Part shown: piece after piece, positions 29,510 to 41,966 of the stretch
Layout: every line of letters starts with the position of its first letter
Numbering within the stretch: position 1 is the stretch's first letter
NCBI GenBank assembly: GCA_002633005.1
Contig: NMRA01000153.1
Coordinates: forward strand, 495,557 to 559,556
Source of the DNA: Phoronis australis
Lineage: Eukaryota > Animalia > Phoronida
DNA length: 64,000 nucleotides
Reading direction: 5' to 3'
The notes under the pieces: model-generated
The model's database searches: none
What the model was told of the DNA's origin: nothing
The model's input: the letters and a program-made list of their open reading frames with translations, nothing else
Made by a program: the position numbers and the translations under genes

Positions 29510-29920
29510 AGCGACGTATGAACGTAACCAGCAGTAGTGTGTCATCAACACTATGAGTTTTTTATGCCATATCCGCACTTCTCTGACATCAGAGCCAAAG
29601 CATGGTCAAATACTGAGTTGTCACAACCACCACAAACGCGATGCATCGACATCCTTCATTGCACCATAAACCACGGGAAAGCAAGCAGCAATATCCGACG
29701 ACTTTTCACACTAAACACAAAGGAGGATGACTACTGCCTCGATTGGTGATTCCGACTCTACGTAGTAAGCATCAACCAATAAATGCTCGTAATTCGAAAT
29801 CTTGTAATTAACACATCGTCAGCTGGTGTTTGCAGGTGTTCTAATTTGACAGCTGATCGACTGCTAAGTTTGTTTTTTGGTATTTTTGATACAAAATTGA
29901 GCATTTTAAGACTATTGAAT
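29510..29920. repeat. Dispersed repeat; diverged second copy at ~57890-58310 in an ARPC3 intron
   Basis: Colinear shared blocks: GACGTATGAA, CATATCCGCACTT, TCAAATACTGAGTTGTCA, ACCAATAAAT, ATCGTCAG, TGTTCTAATT.GACAG.TGATC. Confidence 0.8.
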
Positions 29921-30883
29921 GTATGTGAAAGTTTTAACCATAGTCCTTTTAGTGACTCCTCGGGTTTTTCTTCCCTTTCTTTTCAGGCCCAACATGTGTT
30001 TATGTGTTCAATAAATTTGTGTCATTCAAAATCATTCACTTCAGCTCCGTTTGATTTTGTATTTGACGCGATTTTGAGTAATTACTAGCGTGGTGATCTG
30101 AATAACATAGCCTAACTTTTCCTCGTAGAAAATGGCCCATTTGTTAAAAAATAAGGGACTGTCCAAGTGATCCTGGTTCTCCTAAATTTGAAATGTCACA
30201 TTTTACAACAGCCCCAAAATAACCAGACAAAACAAAGAGCTTTAGCTCAAAAAAATTGTTATCAACTGTGAAAAATAAAGAACTAGAGAAACATTCTTGG
30301 AAAGGTCTCACCACACTAAAACACTGATGACCTAATCTTGATAACACTTGTGAAAACATTAATTTGTGTAGTGGACACCTTAGATTTCTGAAAATTTCAC
30401 AAAGGCTAACATGACAACTTTCATAACATTTTATTCATAACAGACTTGAGAAAAAATTCTGTATCAAGATTATTGTAATATTTTTCTGGACATTGAGTAA
30501 TTAGCTCAAAAGTGTGTTGGCTTAAGTATGGTTGTCTTAATTTCGCAAAGACATTTAGCAGAAAGAAAGGTTTCTTGGCTTTGAAAAAAGCAAACAATAT
30601 CATGTGAGTCCGCTACAGAATAGATTCCACATTGAACACTACAAAAGAGTTATCCGACAAGTAGTTTATGCAGGAAATAGTCGGATGGGTCACCGATTTG
30701 AGAACCTCCCACATAATAATGCCCATTAATCAGTGGTAGTAACTGGTTCTCAAATAAATTTTAAATAAGGGAACAACCTATCTGACTATTAGTCTAATTT
30801 TGTGGCAACTAATATCATGAAACATTTTAACTTGCAGTCTTGCAGTTGGAGAAAAACAACACTACTACCACAACTATACTTAC

Positions 30884-30956
30884 TCTTGCCCAAAGCCATC
30901 CACATGCAATATTTTCATCTGCTTCACTATAGTGGATTTTCCAGATTCTCCAGCGC
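30884..30956 (-). CDS. GNAS: G-protein alpha-s subunit, exon 2 (P-loop; [G][24 protein letters not shown])
   Basis: 73-nt exon bounded by TTTCAAG and GTAAGT; encodes the G1 box GAGESGKST; same length and phase as vertebrate GNAS exon 2. Confidence 0.95.
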
Positions 30957-31101
30957 CTTGAAATGAGAAGAGCAAAACTGTGTAAACATGGTAAACAGAG
31001 ACAGGGAAAACAGTTATTTGAAAAACAGTCATCATTCTTTTTCATGAGGAACGAATAGAAAGAAAGTTCAACCGGCAATAAAAAACAGACTGACCACCTA
31101 C

Positions 31102-31231
31102 CTAATAATAGTAACCTATGTGTTGCCCTATATAACTGTTTATCTTTTTGTAATTGTTTTTCAATCCTCTTGTTAGCCTCTCGTCTTTTCCTATCTTCCT
31201 CAGTTTCTTTGGGTTTTGTGAAGCAGCCCAT
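31102..31231 (-). CDS. GNAS: G-protein alpha-s subunit, proximal first coding exon ([44 protein letters not shown])
   Basis: The MGC start and [25 protein letters not shown] are diagnostic of the Gs class; 130 nt, phase-1 GTAGGT donor, 145-nt intron to exon 2. Confidence 0.95.
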
Positions 31232-31486
31232 GTTTTTGAGGTAAGACAGACACCACAGGTGTTGAATGAGCGGGTAATTTCCCGCGCCGACAACAAGTTT
31301 CCCTCCTGAAAATTCTCGGACAGGCTACAATAGAGATCTAAAACGTTGATATTGTATAATCCAATGTTAGCTGGGCTTGACAATCCCCGCAAAAGACCAG
31401 TTTTCCCGAGGTAACTTCATCAAAACGGAAACGATCTCAGCTCTCGGCAACCATTACACATCAACTTGACAGCCTGGGTGGGGTTA

Positions 31487-31512
31487 CAATGCATTGTGGG
31501 CAAGTCTCGCGA
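31487..31512 (-). promoter_or_regulatory. ZNF143/Staf-type motif with an adjacent TCTCGCGA (CGCG-element-like) site in the proximal G-alpha-s promoter
   Basis: The minus strand reads TGCCCACAATGCATTG, one mismatch to the ZNF143 consensus TACCCACAATGCATTG; TCTCGCGA is at 31505-31512, ~260 bp upstream of the ATG. Confidence 0.5.
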
Positions 31513-33697
31513 TGACTTTCGAGACAATGCCTACGTCACTCAAAGTATTTATTCCGCGGGAAAACAATTTTGTTCGCGGAGTAGACGACTATATACAAAA
31601 CGCCAATGTAAATAGCGCTAATAGCTCGATACACCCGTATAGAAATTTTCCAATGCTTAGACTTCAAACAAAAGATTTTCCCAGGAGATTAGAGTCTAGC
31701 TAAAAAATGTCAGTATAGTGAAGATGGCATGAGCTGCAGGCATTCACGGTGTGGCAGCAGCCGCACGTCACGATTACTTTTTAACATCATTTACCAAAAC
31801 AATTAGAAAGGACTAAATACAAATGGAAAGTTGCCCGTTACGTTTTGTTATCTGAAACTTACATAAAAGTTACAAAACATGCTTGCACAGGCAAGCAAAC
31901 GGAGGAATGTTATCAAACGGGGTCGGGCCCCGATTCAGTCCCGCTGAAAAAAATCACTTCTAATCTTTCTCAACATGAAAAAATATTATTACCAGTGCTA
32001 CTGTTCATTTGAATACGCATATATATATATATATTTGGTTTAAATCGATAGTGCCTCCAACGTGCCTTCGTATTTCGCATAAGTCCTAAATTATAGTTGA
32101 AAAAAATAACTCGATCAGGTAATTATTGTTCAAACGAAAATAACGATGGAGGTTGGGGTAGCATTTGACCACGTTTGCTTTTTTCATCGTCTTTTGAGGA
32201 CATTTTCGTTTATGTGAAAAAATTACACAGACGCCTTTTGTCAGCATGATAATCGCGGGAAGGAGTCATGGAAAAGGCGGGAAGCCTCATGGCCATGCTG
32301 GGCTTCTGGGGCCCCACGTGATTTTCTTAATTCTGAAAGGGTTTCATTTATATGTAAATCGCGTGACCGACGGCCTCATCTGCATCAATATATCCATTCA
32401 CCGTCGTTTGTCAGAGTCAATAGTCGTGTACAAGGGTCTCGGATTTTGCCCTTTCTGATTGAGCAGAGATAACTGGTTTACAAAATCCGAGACCCGCCCT
32501 TGTGAGTGACTATTTCACGTTTCGTGATAGGTAACTGAAGGGGTTGTATGCCAAAAGGTAGAAATGATTCTTCCCGTAGCCTTATCCAAATGTAAATATG
32601 AAAGCTTTCGCTAGGACTCAAAAGGCGCTCACAAACAAATGTCTAAGGCCAAGAGGGTACTCTCATTCCACAACCACGGACTTCGGTGTGTATGTCTGAC
32701 TGCAATACCAGCAAAGAAGGGCACTAATTTCATACGGTCAGTTTTGATTGAGAGAAGAAATCTGAATGGAAACATTTTCGCCAGATCACCACGAAATTGG
32801 TCAACTTTTGGGAACAAATGATGAGTTCTGTCAAAACATTCGTTAGAAAAAAATTATAATGTGGTAACATTTTGAGGAGCCATGATGTTACGAGAAAGAT
32901 AATTTTGTGTGCCAAAAATCAGATTGCCGGCCCATGGAAGCACAGCCGACCAAAAATGAGTCATCATGACACAGGACCCGCCGCGGAACGCCGCCTAGTA
33001 ACGACCCCTCGGTGGTCCACTGCTCTTTGTCGGAGGGCGGTCATTACGGATGATAAGAGAGTGACAATGACCTCTCACTATTCTACAGCTTATTCACAGG
33101 GGCGCTCATCACGGACGAGGCCACAAACCTACAAAAAATATTCATTCAACAAGCTCTCGGCACTTGCACAGTATAAGCTCGCAATGGTAAATGTCTATGT
33201 ATCAGTGATCGCCCTACACTTCAACTGGACCCACCACCTTCCAAACATTCATTTCAATATTGCCTGAATCCAAAGAAGTATTATAGAAATCATTATAGTG
33301 GCACAGAACGACGCCCAATATACATAATGAAGTTGAGACGGCCGGAGAATACGAAAAGATAACGAAGAAATAAAAGTTATGAATTCGTTTTATTCATTAC
33401 TATTATACCAAAAGTTGCTGCCTTAAAGGATCGATAAGGCAACCTTTTTTCGTGTCATTTTTAGAAAAGTACGGTTCGTTGATTATCCAAGACATATTTT
33501 CCATTTAATTATAGCTTCCTCTAATTTTATCAACAAAGTCATGCCTTAGTCCGGAAGTGACGTTCAGGGAGTTAAGAATTTCCCGCCATTTTGTTTTCAT
33601 GTAGTCTGAATGTACGAGCTGTCGAGTCAGTCATTGTTTTACTTAGGTTGTGATAAGTTCGGTCGTCGTTTTGCGTTTGTTTTCCGATTCAGTCAAC

Positions 33698-33900
33698 ATG
33701 CTGCAGGGTTGCTGCGTACCGGGGTGTACTCATTATCGTCTCACGCGCACTTTGGGCATGCCATTTTATCGCTTTCCGAAAGATTACAGTACGTTCCGCC
33801 GTACCTGGCTCGTTCGTGTGAACAACACAGCGTTACCGTCCACGCAACGTACAACCTGTGGCAACGCCTGAAAAAGGGTGCCATACTGTCGCTATTTCCA
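33698..33900 (+). pseudogene. Frameshifted THAP zinc-finger N-terminus of the element's transposase
   Basis: MLQGCCVPGC...FYRFPKD...RRTWLVRVN...C, then LKKGAILSLFP (AVPTIF-box equivalent) in another frame. Confidence 0.85.
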
Positions 33901-34272
33901 GCACGGTGCCCCGTCTCCACCCCCGAGAAGTGCATTTTTAAGCGAGTAGCCTCGCCAGCTGGGGCCTCTACAGTGACTGGAGGCCCTTCATCTACTGTCG
34001 CCCGTGCCTCCAAACGTACCCCAGAGCGTGCAATTCCGGGAATTAGCAGCGATTCGCCCTGTGCTGGTGTTGTCAACAGCCCAAAGCCTGTAAGCAGCCC
34101 TGCAGCGAGTAGTGTGAGTGAATAAAGGCCAGGCTCGACACGCAGTCCAGTGATCAGGTCGGTGAGCCAAACTTTGATAAGTTTATTGTGGACCTGACTA
34201 AAGTATCGGAGCTAGAAGGTGCCCGGTGTGTGGTGAAGGAGCCACACGTCGGGATGTAAGCGGTTTGTGTGC

Positions 34273-34554
34273 TCAGGTCACCATCCAGTGGGAACAACAT
34301 TTGTATTTCATTGAGGTCGGCATAACAGTGCACACCGTGCACTTGCACCAAGACAACCCACCACGTCTGTCCTCAGTATCTGCCTCATCCCTCTCAACAA
34401 CTGTCTGCGCATATTCTGCCTCAATATACTTGGGCTCAAACATATATCCATTCACTGACTGTTCGTGAGAAAATTCCTCCTCACCACTGCTATGAACAAT
34501 GTCTCCGTCACTCACGTCACTGTGTCTGTGATATGGGTTTCCGACTCCAGTCAT
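34273..34554 (-). pseudogene. Truncated KolX-like / P2X7 ballast-like Cys-rich protein
   Basis: Acidic N-terminus, GYMFEP motif, then WCKCTVCTVMPT.....CC, matching the WCxCxxCxxMPTxxxxxCC pattern. Confidence 0.7.
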
Positions 34555-35732
34555 TTTCAGGCTACTACAAACTAAAAGATTCGTGAATCCTTCGTAAATG
34601 AATTCTCTAACAATCTAGGTTGTCGTAGAATACTCGTCGATGGCAAGTTGTGACAATTTTAGGACACCAACACAAAAACAACAGTAGAACAGATCTTCAC
34701 AGTAAACTCGAACGCACTAGAAACAAAATGGCGGGAAATTCTTAACCCCTTAAACGTCACTTCCGTAGTAGTGCATGACTAATTAATAAAATTACAGAGA
34801 GACGTAATTAAAACATATGTCTGGGATAATCAACGAACCGTATTTTTTACTAAAAATGACATGAAAAAAGTTTGCCCTCCCCTTTAAGAATCGTTCATCC
34901 AAGTCTTTTCTAGATTTTGCCTTAGTAGTCTTGAACGGTTCTCGCATGAACGCAAAAAATGTCGTAACTATAAATTTTATTCACTCAAATTTAATAAATT
35001 TTGCAGAAAAAAAGAAAATATTTCGAAAAATCCATAAGACTCACATGAACGGTTTCCGCCACAGCCTCCGGAGATCACAGGTGCATTGTCTAGTTTGAGA
35101 CTGCCACAACTATGGTCTATTTTCACGAGTGGACATGAGCCGACAAAAACATATGTAACGTTTTTCGTAAGGGTTATCGGAATTGCTTCTTGTAAGACAA
35201 AATGTCGATTCATGCGTCGGCAACAAAGGTGGCAACCGAGCAGGAAATCTTTTTCTGACGACCTCAGCGAAGGGAAGAAACATGGTGGCATCAGAAGAGG
35301 GCGAAAATTGTCACAACAGCCATGCACACATCCCGATACATTCACATTTCTGTGGGCGTGTTCTAGGATTTCATTGCAAAAAATCCCAGGTTCGTAGTTG
35401 GTCAAGTAATGGCAACCTACAAATGCAGCCATACTAACATAAATAAATTTGGTTTTCGTAATGTTTCTTTTTTGTTAACAATCTAAAAATAGGTGAAAAA
35501 TATATTATTTACGAAGAATTAGGGCCCACGCTCGTTCGATTCAATATTTGTTATTTTCCGTACGGCTTTATAACGTCAATTGGTCAAAATCACATTCCTT
35601 GTTAATGCTAATTTATATTAATTCAGTTCAAGCTCTGTCCGATCCCACCGAGGTGAGTTCTCGAGAAATTTGACACCACTAGCTGAATGGATTCGAACCG
35701 ACTACGTAAACAATACGAGTAACAACCGAATG

Positions 35733-35794
35733 CATGCACTGAGATAGTGGGTGCTCTAGCCCCATCGCCAGCCCCCTATGGTGCTCTGCCCATG
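35733..35794. mobile_element. Deleted copy of the tiny CATG...CATG MITE seen at 62511-62587
   Basis: Shares GCACTGA.ATA and CCAGCC.CCTATGGTGC.CTGCCCATG; flanks GAATG/CAATG are a 4/5 TSD match. Confidence 0.55.
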
Positions 35795-36733
35795 CAATGG
35801 ACGGTACCACATTCAATGGAGATTATGGCCAGCGTTATACAACTTTATTGACGAATTCCTGTAAAAATACAATCAAAACCCTTAGTTAAGAATTGAAGCA
35901 TTACGTCATTGTTTTCGTCCCGAACCCTAAAAAAAGCTCAACAAATGTAGTTAAAATTGTGAATTAGCTTGAAATTCAGGTGACGTAATATTACTTTCAC
36001 AACAGAACCATACGCTCAGAAAATCCATGTTATCAGAACCAAAGAATATCATTAAAAAGAAACGAATCGATCACGTGACAATCGTTTCAGTTCACCCAGA
36101 TGGCAAAGCATAACAAAAACATTGAAGTCAGCCTACAAATGTAACACTACGTGGGAGGACTCGACTCGGCTTTACTAAGACAACGATGGGCCACCGAGGA
36201 TAGAAATGACTACGGTAATACACAGCAGAGATTTTCACTCGAAGCATAACATTTTGCAAGAGTGGTCACCGCATGTTGCCACAGTCACCAAAATATGACG
36301 CCTACTCACTTTGAACTCTCTGGAACAGCATCGTTTTTTGCTAAAATTTAACCGTTCTGTTGTTTTTACTCATATCTCGGTGTGCGTAGCTCTTAGACAG
36401 TAGGCATTCTTCCTTCTCATTAGTGTCAGTTAATCATTAAATAGACATTATTGACGAGTAAAATGATTTTCTGAGATCAGCCTCAAACCTGCAATCACCG
36501 CGGTTGCAGTTTTACGCTCTGCTGGTGGAGTCCACACGATAAATGGCATAGTATTTGGTGGAGTCCACACTATAAATGGCAGAGTATTTGGTGGAGTCCA
36601 CATGAGTATTTTTTACATTTAAATGGTAAAGTCACCGACCTTGATTTCAGCGGATGTCTGCCAGGGCAAAAGCGAGAATTGTCAATTTGCAAAACAGTCA
36701 AAATAATACAGATTTTATTTTTTTATAGCTCTG

Positions 36734-37075
36734 GGGCCCGTTCCAAGAAATTGATTAAGTTCATTTTTGGCTTAAATGTAAGATTTGTCTTAACTTCCAA
36801 ACTTTGAAACATCCTCATCCTGTAAGATAGTCACAATTAAGACGAAACTTATATCAAAACTTAAGTCAAACTTTAAACCTCTTTCTTGAAACAGTATTGA
36901 AATAAATTTAAAATTAATCTTAAAGTTTAGTATTTGTCTCAGCTAAGTCAATATTGTTTAGTCTAACTTAAGATCTCTTTCTTAAAACAGTCTTGAAATA
37001 AATTTAAGTTTAATCTTGAAATTTACTAAAATTTAGTATTTGACTTAGCTAAGTCAGTTTTGTTGGAACGGGCCC
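36734..37075. mobile_element. PIF/Harbinger-like MITE
   Basis: TIR GGGCCCGTTCCAA / TTGGAACGGGCCC; flanks CTG/CTA; homologous to the element at 44500-44733 in the opposite orientation. Confidence 0.8.
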
Positions 37076-38772
37076 CTAGCCAAAATTAATAACTTCAAGA
37101 AATCCATCCCATCCAACGATAATCACAAAAATGTGTTTTTCGGCCGTAAAACCAATAACATTCCTTTAATGTACTGTTTTCTTCTTACGAACTATGTTCA
37201 ATTTCTCGTAGACCGCAACGCAGTTCTTACGAAGCCGACTCTTTTATCAGAGAGAAAGAAAAAGGTTACACGTGTTCTGTTATGTGTGATTTGTTATTAG
37301 TTTCCATGAAGTCGAATAGGATGTGCATAACTATACCACGTGACAAAAAACCTAGTTCGTAGTACCCAGTACTGTATTGTTGTTTACGTATAAAGAACTA
37401 AAAGCTGGGTGGAGTTCAGAATCTGTCTCGCGGCTACTGAGAAAAATTACCCAAAATCACGTGTTCTCATTTAAAAACACGGCAATATCTCACGTAATCT
37501 CGCGAAGTCGTGCTTTTTAGCGAGATCCTAGCGCAACTAAACTCTACCCTAATGAGGAAATAGCACTGTTAGCGAAAAATTCCCTTGCGGGCCGCGACGG
37601 AGAGAGATTATTCGCCCATTTTCTATTCACCCACTCTAGGTTCGTACTAGTAACTAATAGCATCGTTATTTCTGCAACATCTTTCACGGTGACAAGTCCA
37701 TGAAAACGGCCACAACTCCGTTAAACTCATTGTGTCGCGTATCGTGAACCAGACCACATATCACTCACCTGGCGTATGAAAAACACCTACCGAGAAAACC
37801 GGTAGCGCCATCTATTTGTTCTTGCTTAAGTTGAACAATAAGGGGAAACGGTAAAACTGGCGTCATAGTGATAAGAAATAGCTACAAGTAAGGAACTGAT
37901 AAAACTACTTTTCAGTTTCGGTATCACTACTACTGGCAATTTTGTGGATATTGTCCACATATGAAATGCATATTTGGCTTCATACGTAAAATAATCGATT
38001 TTCCGTATTTTCACATAAATTATTCGCTACAAAACAACTAGAAATGCGCGCACTTCAAAACTGTTGTTCTTTTTACACGCTGGGGCAATCTAGGCTACCG
38101 TGAAAGACCAGTTAATGGCCAAACCATATTACTCGTGTTTAGCTTCGGTCCATTACAAACAAACAGACAATGTCATCATTGATCCAGTGTCTCATTTGAC
38201 GTCAGTAAGAAAATCAAACACTGCAATGAATGTTTTCAGTTGTCAAGAAAGGTCGTGTAAACCAACAGGTTTCTTGGTTGAAGTGTTTTGCTTTTATGAA
38301 CACAGAAAGTGCTGTAAATCCCAATAGCATATACTATATGAGCGACTACCACGTCATGCTGCAGGAACACGCGGAGGATGACTTTACACGAAGCACGAGA
38401 GTGTCTGAGTTTGAGTACTAAGAGAATGGGTGTGATGAACATTACTTCACTTATGAATGTTTTTCCTAAGCTTGGTTTCAAGGCAACAACTTCATGCTTC
38501 AGAATTCAAATTGCGTCATTAAACCCGAGCGTTCTGTCAAAAAATCAATCAAACTTACCTACCGATATAAAATTGGTCTTATCTTGTGCCTCATTCAGTT
38601 TAGAAGTGATATTTAGGATTGCTCGGGAAGAACTGACATTTCGTTATTCCTTTAAACGCATTACTACTAAACTTAGTCATCTTCATCATCATCGTCGTCG
38701 TCGTCGTCATCGTCATCATTATTATTATACTACGTGGACGCAGCACTAGCTGTAAGAAGTGAGGAAACGACC

Positions 38773-38933
38773 CAGTGGCGGATTAAGAGGGGGGGGAGGC
38801 AAGGAGGCCATGCCCCCCTAAAATTCTCCCAGATTCCATTTGGCTGTTCGGGGGAATGTCTTACATGCAAAATCTTGGCTAATACCAATTGTTTGCCCTG
38901 CTCCCTCAACTCAAAATCTTGGATCCGCCCCTG
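38773..38933. mobile_element. MITE with GGCGGAT-core TIR and 5-bp TSD
   Basis: CAGTGGCGGAT...ATCCGCCCCTG flanked by CGACC on both sides. Confidence 0.85.
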
Positions 38934-40060
38934 CGACCCCCCTCGGCTATACCTTGGTATAAGCGATCGGCTACAAGCAACCAAATGCTAAACAGCAGTC
39001 CCTCAGAAAGTCTGGATAAGGACTAAAGATGGGTGTTGTGCTTAACTTAGTTCCCTCTTCTTTTAACAAAACAGGAATTTTGTTTGTCACTATATACAAG
39101 AACGTTAATTTATTTAATTTAAAGGGTGCCCATGTTATCAGTGCAAGCGAGAACAGAATGCTGAACACGCCGCTTCGCTGAGCTCTAGCAGAAATCCAGT
39201 GCAAAACGATCACAAATAGCCATGTTCAAATCATGAACAATTTCGGACACTTATATGTGAATTTGCGTGATATTAAATTTGTGTTTATCGTAATGCCACG
39301 CAATTATGTTTCAAGGTGACGTTAATGTACTGATGAGTGATAAAATTTCTGAAATTGCTACCTGTGACGCATAATTTTGGGGCTTGGACTTCTTTTGAAA
39401 AACTGTGAGGTACGCACAGACGCACTAATTAAAGTCGCTAGTACGCACATACTTCATGTATATCATGGGTGCGCACAATTGTGCTTGTATTTACACGGCA
39501 GAGTTGTTGTAGCCATTGAAAACTGATATGATCTTTTTTGTTTAGACGTCTCTAATACCTGCTTACAGCAACGAAAACAGAGAACTAATAATGAAAAAGG
39601 AAATGTCTCCAACGTCTGCGTCCAACAGTATTTTGCATTCTCTGATGTACCGTGCTATTTTTATTCCTCATTTATTTTCCATATGAAAGCATTCCACCTT
39701 CATTTTCCGAACCAATTCTTTCTACGTGTGTGATCATCTCGCTGTGAGAATTAATTACATACAGGTAAAAATATAGCCATTTATTGTAATGAACCAATGC
39801 TGCTAGTTGTGTCAGTATGATACTATTGATTTGAACACCTACCCTAAGATGTGTTCATAAAGGAAATAGAAGGCACAATTGTGAACATTTTTAGCCGGGT
39901 ATATCACAGCATTTGCAGAACACAATTTGCTCGAACGTGACCCGTCTATAATGTCTTATGCGTGTCAGATCTGAGATATTTTTTGATAAAGATTTCATTC
40001 TATACTCTAATAAAACCAAAAGGAAAAAAAATCGCTACACTGAAAAGTGTATTTAGATTG

Positions 40061-40223
40061 CAGGGGCGGATCCAGAATTTTTAAAAGGATGGTCGGATCA
40101 AGGATTTTTTTAAAAAGGGGGTTCCAAGTCAACAATTTGAAAATTCTAGATTCGATACCACTAAAATCAAGGGAAAAACTGAGAGGTCCAGATCCCCTTG
40201 ACCCCACCCTGGATCCGCCAATA
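40061..40223. mobile_element. MITE with GGCGGAT-core TIR and 5-bp TSD
   Basis: CAGGGGCGGATCCAG...CTGGATCCGCCAATA; flanks GATTG/TATTG. Confidence 0.8.
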
Positions 40224-41836
40224 TATTGGGTTTGTTTAAGATCTAACAATTTTTCATCAGTTTTGTGAACGTTCAACATTGAATTTCCTTTCGCAAATGT
40301 TAACTTAATCCAGAAAACGCCAAGACATCAACCAAGACCATGTGATCTGCGTCTGATGAAATCAGCGACGTGCAAATGTGTTGGCTCTAGCATGTACAAG
40401 TTTTTCAATGATATTCTCCAAATTACTTTAAAAATGTTTGCCTTATAGAGGCCATATTCAGGGGCGATTCAGATAATGATTAACAACTCAATAAATGACA
40501 TCCCTCGCCAAGACGCTTTCCCGTCGTCATTTTGTCGACGATCACAAGTGTTCCAAATGCATGGTAGGCTTTTCAATTTCTATATGTGGGTGAACAGGAG
40601 AGGAACAAACTATTCCGTAGTCTTATTACTAACGACGTTTACACGAAAGACACTGTGTGTTTTTTCAGGTATGGTCGATCATAAAAGATTTCTATGACAT
40701 GCATTGTTCGTCATATTTGCTTTGCACTTTCTAATGTAAACGGCTGACCTCAAAGTAGCGGCATTTTGAATTCATCACCGATGCCAACTACATATAAAAG
40801 AAAGCCTGCTCGTCAGCATTAATGGACATCAAATTACATAAATCAGATTGAGCAAGTTTCCCTTACGGCCTCAACATGATTTCAGTTTACAAAACAGTGG
40901 TCGATGTGAGGTATATCGAATAACCAAAAAGGTATACAAAGCTTACAATCAATTAAGAGCAATTGAGGACTCAGTCAAATACCTGTACCAATTTACTTGT
41001 ACTTGGCCATACTTGTAAACTAAACGTTGTTACCGACTTCTATTGTACTAAGCTATATTCTTCTAAAACGGTGAACGTGTTAACCAAGAACTGCACAAAG
41101 ATGGAGACCATATCGTACGATGTTACTATAGATGTTACCTATGTTTGGCGTAAAATGTTCATGGATTGAAAGTATAAATCATTCAGAAAGATTGGCATTC
41201 TAAAAATATTTCTTGCACCGAGATTGATTGCGACATGATACGTCTTATAACACAGCTGGACGTTCTTGTTACGTAGGCAAACAGGCAGTCATTTTGCCTG
41301 TTATTGAGAATAAACCAAGGATATCAAATTTTTAACATAAATTGAAAAGAATAATTTGTCATCACCCAAATGAGTGTTAACATAACATACAGAATTAAAC
41401 AAGCATGGCAATATATTTTCCTAATTCCGCTATGCTATGCTGCCAGCAAGCGCGCAATATTTGTAATTAATTTTCTAAAATGGCAATGGTATTTTATGCA
41501 GTAGCATATCGCTCTTTGACGGTAGTATTGATTTTGATTTTGCTATACTGTATAGTGTTGTAGTTCAATCGACAATGGTGCCTTACAATAGAAAAGACCT
41601 GCTGAACGCAGACGTTTTCAGTTTTCATGATCAAATCGTGACAAGGTAAACATACGGATGGGTTATCCAGAACGCCGAAGAAAAATTATGGAATCCCGGC
41701 GATAACAGAAAACAGAAAACTCGCTATCAAATCACTAAGATAAGAACATGTCAAAAAGAGAAAATATGTCATTCAAGCTTTTGTCATCTTTAGAATCTTT
41801 AACACCAGTTGCTATTTTGTAAAAAAGTGTCCATAC

Positions 41837-41966
41837 CTAGCAACAACAGCCGATGGGTGGCCTTATACGACACTTTGTCTTTTTCCAGTTGCTTCTCAAT
41901 CATCTTGCTTTTTTCTCTTTGCTCTCTGTCTTCCGCGTCACCCCCTCCTGCGCCAAGACAACCCAT
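41837..41966 (-). CDS. GNAS: G-protein alpha-s subunit, distal alternative first coding exon ([44 protein letters not shown])
   Basis: Intact 130-nt reading frame from ATG (context GACATGG) to a phase-1 GTATGG donor; clearly homologous to the proximal exon 1; I saw no separate exon 2 between it and 31231. Confidence 0.88.

Larger units (their letters stand above)
1..30883 (-). other. Probable very long intron (>30.8 kb) of the G-alpha-s gene; the remaining exons presumably lie left of the window
   Basis: Exon 2 ends in a GTAAGT donor at 30883. I recognised no further G-alpha coding sequence (e.g. DVGGQ, RCRVLTSG) in 1-30883 by eye or in the ORF track, but short exons could have been missed. 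Confidence 0.6.
33427..34883. mobile_element. Internally deleted Kolobok-type DNA transposon (1457 bp)
   Basis: TTAA on both flanks (33423-26, 34884-87), AGG...CCT termini, ~170-bp imperfect TIRs, and convergent THAP and Cys-rich ORF remnants inside. Confidence 0.85.

Noticed and set aside
30827-31231. 134-aa ORF as a complete protein
   Set aside because: It reads through the intron after exon 1; exon 2 is in another frame.
31102-41966. Two separate tandem G-alpha-s genes
   Set aside because: No second P-loop exon was visible between the two first exons, so alternative first exons is the simpler reading; not excluded without tblastn.
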